Source: Heterodontus francisci (lineage: Eukaryota). From it: 64,000 nt of DNA. The stretch is taken from NCBI RefSeq assembly GCF_036365525.1, contig NC_090404.1, positions 13,854,550-13,918,549 on the forward strand. The letters are read 5' to 3'. The notes beneath the pieces are model-generated. The model was not told where the DNA came from and did no database searches. It saw only the letters and a program-made list of their open reading frames with translations. The translations under genes were made by a program, and so were the position numbers. Positions 50,598-61,392 of this stretch are shown here, piece after piece; positions within the stretch are counted from its first letter, which is position 1; each line of letters starts with the position of its first letter.

Positions 50598-51650
50598 TTG
50601 AGAGATACCAATGTACAGATATCTCCCTGACAGCGCAGGACTGAGAGACACCAGTCAGTGTACAGATATCTCCCTGAGGGAGAGGGACCGAGAGGCACCA
50701 GTCAGTGTACAGATATCCAGAGATCTCCCTGAGGGAGCGGGACCAAGAGACACCAGTCAGTGTACAGATATCTCCCTGAGGGAGAGGGACTGAGAGACAC
50801 CAGTCAGTGTACAGATATCACCCTGAGGGAGAGGGACCGAGAGGCACCAGTCAGTGTACAGATATCACCCTGAGAGAGAGGGACTGAGAGACACCAGTCA
50901 GTGTACAGATATCACCCTGAGGGAGAGGGACCGAGAGGCACCAGTCAGTGTACAGATATCACCCTGAGAGAGAGGGACTGAGAGACACCAGTCAGTGTAC
51001 AGATATCTTACTGCGAGAGAGAGACTGAGAGACACCAGTTAGTGTACAGATATCCAGATATCTCCCTGAGGGAGTGGGACCGAGAGGCACCAGTCAGTGT
51101 ACAGATATGACCCTGAGAGAGAGGGGACTGAGAGACACCAGTCAGTGTACAGATATCACCCTGAGGGAGAGGGACCGAGAGGCACCAGTCAGTGTACAGA
51201 TATCACCCTGAGAGAGAGGGACTGAGGGACACCAGTCAGTGTACAGATATCTCCCTGAGGGAGAGGGACCAAGAGGCACCAGTCAGTGTACAGATATCAC
51301 CCTGAGAGAGAGGGGACTGAGAGACACCAGTCAGTGTATAGACATCACTGTGAGAGAGGGACTGAGAGACACCAGTCAGTGTGCAGATATCACCCTGAGA
51401 GAGGGGACTGAGAGACACCAGTCAGTGTATAGATATCACTGTGAGAGAGAGGGACTGAGAGACACCAGTCAGTGTACAGATATCACCCTGAGAGAGAGGG
51501 GACTGAGAGACACCAGTCAGTGTATAGATATCACTGTGAGAGAGAGGGACTGAGAGACACCAGTCAGTGTACAGATATCACTGTGGGAGAGAGGGACTGA
51601 GGGACACCTGTCAATATACAGATGGATCCCTGAAGGAGAGGGACTGAGGA
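50598..51650. repeat. ~44-46-bp minisatellite, more than 20 copies
   Basis: Unit GAGAGGGACTGAGAGACACCAGTCAGTGTACAGATATCACCCTGA. Degenerate units also occur at ~49510-49670. Confidence 0.95.
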
Positions 51651-52033
51651 ACAGTAGTTAATATACAGAAATTACCTTGCGAGAGAGGCACCAGTACTGG
51701 TATCTCATTTTCTAACACATAGGATGACAGAATTTTCAATACTTCAATAAGTCCATATCTGTACATTTTCAGACTTCAGAGTTCTATGTGATCGATGCAA
51801 CTCTGCATTCTGGTACCACGGGATACTCTTGATCTTATTGTTTTTTTATTGGTTTCAGATAAGAACTTCAGGTCTTCGGATAATGAATAATAAAATATTA
51901 TTAACATCTTGAAGACCCACCTGAACCCTTTAACAACAAATAATCATACAGTGCCATCTCAACAGTTATTGGACATTATCAGCTCTAAGTTTTCATACAT
52001 TTTCGTTGGTAGTTCTTTATTGTTTGACATAAT

Positions 52034-53023
52034 ATGGCTACTTTTGTGAGTTGGAATGCAACAGTCGATAGACCCTGGTTGGAGATTCATTCAACCAATC
52101 AGACTGGAAATGCTACTGTTGGGCCCTTGATAGACAGTTCCTGTCAAATCAGCTTCAAGATACAATTGATTGTCCTTCCCGCTCTCCTTGGCCCACTCAT
52201 TACGTTGGGTATTACTTTAAACTCAATTGCACTCTGGCACATCATACGAATGAAGAAGGTCTCATCGTCAACTGATGTTCTCCTGCTTGACTTAACCATC
52301 ATCAACATCTTGGTCATCCTGGCTTCTAAACTTGCCCTTCTGCAATGTACAAAGGCACTTATCTCGGTGGTGTTACTGCGTGATATCAGCTTTATCTTAA
52401 ATATCATCAACCTTCACGGCAACCCACTCTTCATGACCTGCATTGCTGTTGATCAATACTTCGCTGTTGTCCATCCCATCAGGTCTCGTGCCTGGAGAAA
52501 GTCCCAATACTGCATTGTTCTGTCCATTGCAATTTGGCTCACTGTGCTATCCCTGAGCCTGGCGCATTTATTCACGAGAAAGGCCACTTTAAACGGCCTA
52601 CTTTCATGCAAGGCTCTGGTTTCATTCTGGGAGAGGAAACCAGTGCTTCTGCTGTGCCCCAAATTGTTGACATTTTTTATCCCAATCCTGATCCTGTTGA
52701 CCTGCTATGCTTTGACCGCAAAGAAACTGATCAAAGTGGGAGTTGGTAAGGAATCCATGGAATTGATGAAGAGGAAAGTGCTGCGAACCATTTGGGCGAT
52801 TCTGGCTCTTCTCCTTTTCTGTTTTGCCCCATTTCACATCATTGAACTATCCTTTGTGTTGAAGAATCTGCTGGTACCTTCAGAGGAAATCACAACGTGG
52901 TACCTTTGTACAATTCGGCCGTATACCTGGACTCTCACTTCCTTCAGCTGCATCCTCAATCCCCTCCTCTACATTTTCAGGTCCCAAAACTTTCAGTGGA
53001 GGCCACGTAGCTGTTGTGAGTAG
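52034..53023 (+). CDS. Single-exon class A GPCR, P2Y/LPAR6/GPR35-like (delta group), atypical motifs
   Basis: 329-aa ORF with seven hydrophobic segments and N-terminal NxT sites. Motifs FMTCIAVDQYFAVVHP, CFAPFH and SCILNPLLY. Confidence 0.85.
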   Translation: MATFVSWNATVDRPWLEIHSTNQTGNATVGPLIDSSCQISFKIQLIVLPALLGPLITLGITLNSIALWHIIRMKKVSSSTDVLLLDLTIINILVILASKLALLQCTKALISVVLLRDISFILNIINLHGNPLFMTCIAVDQYFAVVHPIRSRAWRKSQYCIVLSIAIWLTVLSLSLAHLFTRKATLNGLLSCKALVSFWERKPVLLLCPKLLTFFIPILILLTCYALTAKKLIKVGVGKESMELMKRKVLRTIWAILALLLFCFAPFHIIELSFVLKNLLVPSEEITTWYLCTIRPYTWTLTSFSCILNPLLYIFRSQNFQWRPRSCCE

Positions 53024-53530
53024 AGTGTGGAAAGAGAGCAGGGTTTACGTTGTGATTGATACAAGGCTATGGGGAGAGAATGGAGCAGTGGGATAAGTTT
53101 GGGACTAATACCGGGCTATGGGTAGAGAGCAGGGCTGTAGGAATAGTTTGCAATTAACACAAGGCAATGTGGGATTAGTGTGGGATTGCTATAGGGCTAC
53201 AGGGAGAGAGTGGCTGTAGCATTAGATTGACACTGGGCTGTGGGTAAAGAAGGTTCAATTGTAATAGTTTTGGATTGATACAGGACTACAGCAGGGGGTG
53301 GGGGGGGTGGTGCAATGAGATTAGTTTTGGATTAACGTAAGGCAATAGGGAGAGAGTAGGCATTAATATTAGTCTGATGCAGAAAAGTGGTTGCTGAGAT
53401 TTGGTTGGGATTGATACTGAGTTACGGGGATAGTACGGGGCAGTGCTATTAGTTTAGGATTGATACAGGCATATGGGGAGGGAGCCGGGCCAGAGGATTG
53501 GATTGGGATTGATAGATTGCTACGAAGAGA
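53024..53530. repeat. Degenerate ~48-bp tandem repeat
   Basis: Recurring GGGATTGATACAGGGCTATGGGGAGAGAG...GGATTAGTTT units immediately after the GPCR stop. Confidence 0.7.
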
Positions 53531-53899
53531 GAAGAGATAGGATCACACAAGGGCCAACACGGGAATCAGTGTTTAGGATTTAAATGAATGATTTCGGATT
53601 GTGTCCTGTACCTTCTAATACCAGTTGGATCATATCCCAGTTTCTCCATGTAGACAGCTTAAAGTAAACAATTCATTAATTAGTTGCTTCTTCAAGGAGA
53701 AACGCGACCAGGATGTCAACATAGATGTTAATTCTCATCGCCTGTTTCTTTAATGGCCTGTTGGAGTTTGCTCCGAAATGCCGTCTGAATCTATGAATTG
53801 TAGCGTTGTAATCAATAAAATCTGCGTCTTTATGTTGAACAGGAAATCCGTTTCATTTCTTACTGAAAAAAATAGACAATTAATGATCCCAAACAAATA

Positions 53900-54960
53900 G
53901 CAATACCTTCCTCGTCTCCCAACAACAACAACTTCTGTAGTAAAACGACCCAAGGCGCTTTGGAGGAGCGTTATAAAACAAGATTTGACACAGAGCCACA
54001 TGGGACGATATCAGGACAGATGACAAAAAGCTTCATCAAAGAGGTAGTTTCTATGGAGCGTCTTAATTGAGGAGAGAGAGAGGTAGAGAAGTGGACAGGT
54101 TTAGGCGGGGGGTGGGCGAGGGTGGGGGGTGGGAGGCTGTTGGGTAGGAGGGGGTGGAATTCCAGTGTTTCTAGCCGAGGCAGCTGAAGACATGGCGCCA
54201 ATTGTGGAGTGATTAAAGTAGCAAATGCACCAGAGGCCAGAATTGGCGAAGCTCAGTTATCACCATGTGTTGTAGGACCTGAGGATGTTACCAAGGTAGA
54301 GATGGGCGGAGCCATGGAGGGAACTGAAAACATGGGCAAGAATTTTCAACTTGGGTTGTCAATGTAGATCAAAAAGAACATGGATGATGGATGAACAGGA
54401 CTTGATGCGGGTAAGGAATATAGGAAGCAGAGTTTTGGATGAAGTCAAGTTTACAGAGAGTGGAAACCAGCCAGGGGAGCATTGGAATAGCCACGCCTAG
54501 CCTAACTAAGGCATAGATCAGGCTTTCAGCAGCAGGTGAGATCAAGCACCAGTGTAGCGAAGAAATGCTACCGAGGTGAAATCATGCCATCTTGGTCTTT
54601 GCATGGCTAGGTGGTTGGCAGCGCATCTTGAGGGGGAAATACGACGACAAGATTGTGAACAGTCTGTTGTAGCCTCAGACAGTAGCCACCGAGGGTTGGT
54701 GCTTGTGGCTAGTGAATGGAGTTAATGGTGAGGACAGAAGACAATGGGTTTTGTCTTCCCAGTATTAAGTTAGAAGGCATTCCTGTTTATCCAGTACTGG
54801 AGGTCAGGCAAGTAGGCTGACAAATTAGACTCAATGGGGGAGGCACGAGAGATAGTGTTTGGGTCGTAGAACTGGATGTCTTCAACGTATATGTGAAACC
54901 CGACATTGTATTTTTCGTTAATGTCACTGAGGGCAGCATGTAGTTGAGAAATAGGGTGTA
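53900..54960 (-). mobile_element. Old L2-like LINE fragment
   Basis: Degenerate FHIYVEDIQFY (YADD-like) motif and L2-type 3' end. Confidence 0.55.
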
Positions 54961-55189
54961 GCCAAGGATACATCCACATTAAGAGGAAATTAGAAGACAT
55001 TTTTATGGAGCAAACTTTGATATGAGCTGCACGGCCTGAGGCAGATGTTGCTGTGGAAGTTGATTGAATATTACATTTCAGAAATGAGTTGATATATATG
55101 TATAAAGGAAACATTTGTCGAGTTATGGGAAAAGATTGGGAATAATTGTACTAGCCAGTAGCAGATGAGGCGTCAATACTCACTGCATA

Positions 55190-56626
55190 AGAACATATAA
55201 TAAATAGGAACAGAAGTAGGTTATTTGAATCATAGAATCATCGAGTAGTTCTAACAGAGAAGGAGACCAGATAATTATCCAGTTCCCTTACAACCTCGAT
55301 TGAATCTGCCTTCACCACACTCTCAGACTGTGCATTCCAGATCCTAACCGCTTGCTGTGTAAAATATTTTTTCCTTATGTCGCTATTTCTTCTTTTGTCA
55401 ATCAGCTCAAATCAGTGTCCTCTGGTTCTCGATCCCTCTGCCAACAGGAACAGTTTTTCCTTATCTACTTTGTCCAGACCCCTCATCATTTTGAACACCA
55501 CTATCAAATCTTATCTTCATCTTCCCTTCTCTGCGGATTACAGTGCCACCTTCTGCAATCTATCCACATAACTGAAGTTCTTCATTCTTGGAAGCATTCT
55601 TGTAAATATTTTCAGCTCCCTCTCTGATGAAAGGTCATCGACCTGAAACGTTAACTCTGCTTCTCTCTCTACAGGTACCGCCAGACCTGCTGAGTATTTC
55701 CAGCACTTTTTGTTTTTGCTTGCAGATTTCCAGCATCCACAGTATTTTGCTTTTATTTTAAGGTTTTACACTGGTTTGGCATTACTTCCTTGCTTTGGTA
55801 CTCTATGCCCCTATTTATTAAGCCAAGGATTCCTTATGCTTTATTAATAGCTTTCTCAACGTAACTTGCCTCTTTCAGTGATTTGTGCACATATACCCTC
55901 AGATCCCTCTGCTCCTGCATCCCTTTTAGAATTGTATCCTTTCATTGCTTATTGCCTCTCCTCTTTCTTCCTGCCAAATTGAATCACTGCGCATTGAATT
56001 AAATTTCTTCTGCCACTTGTCCATTCATTCCACCAGCCTGTCTATGTCCTTCTGAAGTTCTACACTATCCTCTGCACAGTTCACAATGTTTCCAAGTTTC
56101 ATATCATTGGCAAATTTTGAAATTGTTTTCGGTACGCCCAAGCCTGGGCCATTATTATATATTGGAAACAGCAAGGGTCCTAACAATGACCCATTGGGAA
56201 CCCCGCTATAAATCTTCCTTAGTCCATAAAGCAACCGTTCACCACTACACTCTGTTTCCTGTCACTCAGCCAACTTCCTGTTCATGCTGACACTGACCCC
56301 TTTATTCCATGACTTTAACTTTTCTAAAATGACCGTTACATGGGACTTTATTAAACGCCTTATGGAAGTCCATGTATCTCACATCAACCATATTACCCTC
56401 ATCAACGCTCTGTTACCTCATCAAAAAAAAGAAAACAAAATTAGTTAAACACGATATACACGTCGCAAACCCCTGCTGGCTTCCGTTAATTAATCCATAT
56501 TTGTCCAAGTGACTATTAATTTTGTCTCGAAATATCGTTTCTAAAATCTATCCCACCACCAAAGTTAAACTGACTGGTCTATAGTTACTGGGTTTTTGTC
56601 TTACACCCTTTTTTGAATAAGGGTAT
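55190..56626 (-). mobile_element. CR1 LINE fragments
   Basis: GVPNGSLLGPLLF and KFANDMK motifs. The element continues after the LTR at ~57520-57683 and ~59319-60200. Confidence 0.75.
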
Positions 56627-57519
56627 TGTTATGACCGCTCAGGACAAAGCCCCCAATCAAAATATACAATATCTAACACACTATCAATTCAATCCTCTCG
56701 CGGCACAGGTCACATTACATATCTTTAAGCTTTCCCAATTGAAGAAAGCAGCAGCCGAATTGAAACAATCCAGTAACCCCGAATGAGGCGAACCAAACCA
56801 GGTATCTTTAGATATCAACAAATTAACTGGTTATTATAAAACCTAAATTATTAAATACTACTAAGATAAACCAATATCTAAAGACCTTTTAACTTACTTT
56901 AAAATAAACTTACTCCTGCATTCGCATGCATATACTCAAACTAATAGTAGTTTGGTTTTTAATTAGCTGCCCGAAAAAATAAAAACAAAATAAAGTCTTT
57001 GCAGATTACTCTTCTGGCGAATGGTCTTCGGATAAAACACGGTCAAAGTTCACTTGCAGTCTTCCAAGGTCCGATGAATCCGAAGATCTTTACAGAGATA
57101 GGAATTTAGCAGTTCAGTTCAGCAGTTCAGTTCAGCAGTTTCAGTATTAAACTCTTCTTTTTCATCGATGAACACAGGAGATCAATAACTTGTTATTTCT
57201 TTAAGAAATTAATCTGGCTTGAAGATTTTTTTTTAGAATTTTAAGAGAAAAACTACCCAGGCTCTACATTGACTTAGAGAGAGCTCTCCTATTTCCTTCA
57301 CATGCCAGATCCATCTGTTAACTGTAGTCAGTTTCAAAGTCAAAATAGATACATTGAAGTCCTGTTCCCCCTCTCCGTATGGTTGTTGCTGGGCAATCAG
57401 AATACACTTTGCCTCACAGTCTCTGGAGCTTGCTGCCTCCAAGCAGGACCGATCTTTTACAGCCTTAAAGGTGCACTGCAGTATTTCGCAAGGAGAAAGG
57501 AAAACACAAGATCGTGACT
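56627..57519. mobile_element. Solo LTR, inverted relative of 41422-43022, inserted in CR1
   Basis: Starts TGTTATGACCG, the reverse complement of the end of the first LTR. CCCCGAATGAGGCGAACCAAACCAGGT is the reverse complement of ~42843-42870. Confidence 0.6.
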
Positions 57520-57683
57520 GTAGCAATTCTCCAGTTCTCTGGCACCACTCCTGTATCTAAGAAGAATTGGAAGATTATAGCCAATGGCTCCACAACTTCC
57601 ACCCCTGCTTCCTTCAGCAATTTAAAATGCCTTTCATCTGGTCCTGATGACATATGATCTTTAAATACAGCCAGCCCATCTAA

Positions 57684-59318
57684 TTTAGTTTAGTTTAGTT
57701 TAGAGATACAGCACTGAAACAGGCCCTTCGGCCCACCGAGACTGTGCCGACCATCAATCACCATTTATACTCTCTTTGGCCTCCTTATCTCGAGACACAA
57801 TGGGTAAGCGCCTGGAGGTGGTCAGTGGTGTGTGGAGCAGCGCCTGCAGTGGCTATAAAGGCCAATTCTAGAGTGACAGGCTCTTCCACAGGTGCTGCAG
57901 AAAAATTTGTTTGTCGGGACTGTTACACAGTTGGCTCTCCCCCTGCGCCTCTGTCTTTTTTCCTGCCAACTGCTAAGTCTCTTCGACTCGCCACACTTTA
58001 GCCCCGCCTTTATGGCTGCCCGCCAGCTCTGGCGAACGCTGGCAACTGACTCCCGCGACTTGTGATCAATGTCATAGGACTTCATGTTGTGTTTGCAGAC
58101 GTCTTTAAAGCGGAGACATGGACGGCCGGTGGGTCTGATACCAGTGGCGAGCTCGCTGTACAATGTGTCTTTGGGGATCCTGCCATCTTCCATGCGGCTC
58201 ACATGGCCAAGCCATCTCAAGCGCCGCTGACTCAGTAGTGTGTATAAGCTGGGGATGTTGGCCACCTTGAAGACTTCTGTGTTGGAGATACGGTCCTGCC
58301 ACCTGATGCCAAGTATTCTCCGGAGGCAGCGAAGATGGAATGAATTGAGATGTCGCTCTTGGCTGACATACATTGTCCAGGCCTCGCTGCCATAGAGCAA
58401 GGTACTGAGGACAGAGGCTTAATACATTCGGACTTTTGTGTTCCATGTCAGTGCGCCATTTTCCCACACTCTCTTGGCCAGTCTGGACATAGCAGTGGAA
58501 GCCTTTCCCATGCGCTTGTTGATTTCTGCATCTAGAGACAGGTTACTGGTGATAGTTGAGCCTAGGTAGGTGAACTCTTGAACCACTTCCTGAGCGTGGT
58601 CGCCAATATTGATGGATGGAGCATTTCTGACGTCCTGCCCCATGATGTTCGTTTTCTTGAGGCTGATGGTTAGGCCAAATTCATTGCAGGCAGCCGCAAA
58701 CCTGTCGATGAGACTCTGCAGGCACTCTTCAGTGTGAGATGTTAAAGCAGCATCGTCAGCAAATAGGAGCTCCCTGATGAGGACTTTCCGTACTTTGGGC
58801 TTCGCTCTTAGATGGGCAAGTTTGAACAACCTGCCCCCTGATCTTGTGTGGAGGAAAATTCCTTCTTCAGAGGACCTGAACGCATGTGAAAGGAGCAGGG
58901 AGCATAAAATCCCAAAAAGTGTGGGTGCAAGAACGTTGCCCTGTTTCACGCCACTCAGGATAGGAAAGGGCTCTGATGGGGAGCCACCATGTTGAATTGT
59001 GCCTTTCATATTGTCATGGAATGAGGTGATGATACTTACCCATTTATACTAATCCTACACTAATTCCATATTCCTACCACATCCCCACCTGGCCCTATAT
59101 TTCCCTACCACCTACCTATACTAGGGGCAATTTATAATGGCCAATTTGCCTATCAACCTGCAAGTCTTTGGCACGTGGGAGGAAACCAGAGCACCCAGCG
59201 AAAACCCACGCGGACACAGGGAGAACTTGCAAACTCCACACAGGCAGAACCCAGAATTGAACCTGGGTTGCTGGATCTGTGAGGCTGCAGTGCAAACCAC
59301 TGCGCCACTGTGCCGCCC
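57684..59318 (-). mobile_element. HE1-type SINE split by an RTE insertion
   Basis: SINE tail at 57684-57771; remainder at 59038-59318. Confidence 0.85.
57772..59037 (-). mobile_element. RTE-clade LINE 3' fragment with 11-bp TSD
   Basis: GVKQGNVLAP, LLFADD, FTYLGS and RLRWLGHV motifs plus a C-terminal zinc finger. TSD CCATTTATACT at 57761-57771 and 59040-59050. Confidence 0.9.
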
Positions 59319-60239
59319 ATCTTTGTCAATTTTTAGCCCATCAAATATCTCAAGTGCGTCCTCTTTCACTATGACTTGGGCAGCATCTTCTTCCTTCATA
59401 AAGACAGATGCAAAGTACTCATTTGGTGCCTCAAACATGCCCCCTGCCTCCATGCCCAAATCCCCATTTTGGTCCCTTATTGGTCCCACTCCTCTTTTCC
59501 CCACCCTTTTACTATTCATATGCTTGTAGGAAACATTTGGATTCCCTTTTAAGTTAGCTGCCAGTCTTTTCTCATGTTCTCTCTTTGTTACACTTAGTTA
59601 TTTTTTCCACGTCCCCCAGAACTTCTTATCTTCAGCCTGTTCTCAATTGTATTATCTATTATCTGCCATTTTCACCCCTTTTCTGCTTCATCACACTCTC
59701 TATCACTTTCATCAACCAGGGAGCTGTGTATTTGTTTGCCCTACCTTTCCCTCCTCGTGGGAATGTACCTCGACTGTACCTGAACTATCTCCTCTTTAAA
59801 GGCCTCTTTAAAAGTTTTATTACAATCTCTGATTCCAAATTAACTTGGGCCAAATCCGTTCTTACACTATTGAAATTGGCTCTCACCCAATTCATTATTT
59901 TTATTCTGGATTGCTCCTTGTCCTTTTCTATAACCAACCTAAACCTCGTAATACTATGATCACTGTCCTCTAAATGTTCCCCTACTGATACTTGATTCAC
60001 TTGATCTACCTCATTCCCCAGAACAAAATCTAGCAATGACTCCTTCCTCGTTGGGCCGGAAACATGCTGATATAGAAAGTTCTCCTGAACACAATTCATA
60101 AACTTTCCCCCCTCTGCTCTTTACACTATTACTATGCAGGTAATACTATCAGGATAGTAATACTGTCAGGATAATTTAAGTCCCCCACTGTAATTACTGT
60201 ATAATCCTTGCGCCCTTCTTGGCCCCTGGAACCGACTCC

Positions 60240-61010
60240 ACCAATCAGTAAGATCATTGCTGATATTCTAGCTCAACTCCACCTTCCCACATTATCCCCA
60301 TATCCCTTAATTCCCTTAGTATCCATAAATTTAGAAATTTCGGTCTTGAATATACCCACCGGGTAAGCATCCACCGCCCTCTGGGTAGAAAAGTCAACAG
60401 ATTCACAATCCTTTGAGTGAAGAGGTTCTAAACGGCCAACCCTTTATTCTGAGACAGCGAAGCCTAGTTCTAGATTTATCAGCCAAGGGAAGCATCCTCC
60501 TTGTCCTGTACATCCTGCTTTCCCTGCCTTCCCTGTTAAGCACCTTAAGAATTTTACATGTTTCAATGAAATCACCATTCATTCTTCTAAATGCAAGGAA
60601 ATATAAGCCTGGTCTACTCAATCTCTCCTCATAGCGCAATCTCCTCATCGCAGGAATCAATCTAGTGAACCTTTGCGCACTCTCTCTAAGGTGAACATAT
60701 CCTTCCTTAGGTAAGGAGATCAAAGCTGCACACAGTAATCCAGTTGTGGTCTCACCAGTGCCCTTTATAATCCTAATAAGACTTATTTCCCCTTATATTC
60801 CAATCCTTTCCTAATAAAGGCTTACATGCTGTTTGTTTCTTAATTGCTTGCAGTACTCAAATGCTATCTTTCTATAATTCGCAGACAAGGGCACTAAGGT
60901 CTCACCAAATGCCAAACCTTTCCAGTCTCTCACCACTTAAAAATATTCTACTTTTCTATTTTTCCTTACAAAATCAATAGCTTCACACTTCCCTCCTTTA
61001 TATACATTAA
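60240..61010 (-). mobile_element. CR1 LINE 3' fragment
   Basis: RFTRLIPAMRRLRYEERL motif. Confidence 0.75.
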
Positions 61011-61301
61011 TATTTCCATCTCCTGACACCCCACTCCCCCCATTATATTATCACAGTCTCTGGTACCCAGAGTCACCTTGCTGTAGACCAGGTGTTAGTG
61101 CATGTTGAGATTTCCATACTCTCATGGGCCTTCTCCATATTCTCAACACGAACTGAAAACAAACAATGATTCATCATGGAAATCCATCTATTTGTATTTA
61201 AAGCAAATCATTCCTTTTATACAAAGTTTCTTCCGCTTGCTATTTGGTTTCCCCAAAGTCATATCAATCCAACTCGCTCTGCACCATTTCACCTATTTCT
61301 C

Positions 61302-61307
61302 TATCTG

Positions 61308-61381
<74 letters not shown>

Positions 61382-61392
61382 CAGCTATCTAC
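61302..61392. repeat. (TATC)n microsatellite
   Basis: Near-perfect tetranucleotide run. Confidence 0.97.

Noticed and set aside
50598-51650. Regular repeat array resembling a CRISPR array (also 20427-20764)
   Set aside because: The units are contiguous with no unique spacers, the context is vertebrate, and there are no cas genes. These are minisatellites.
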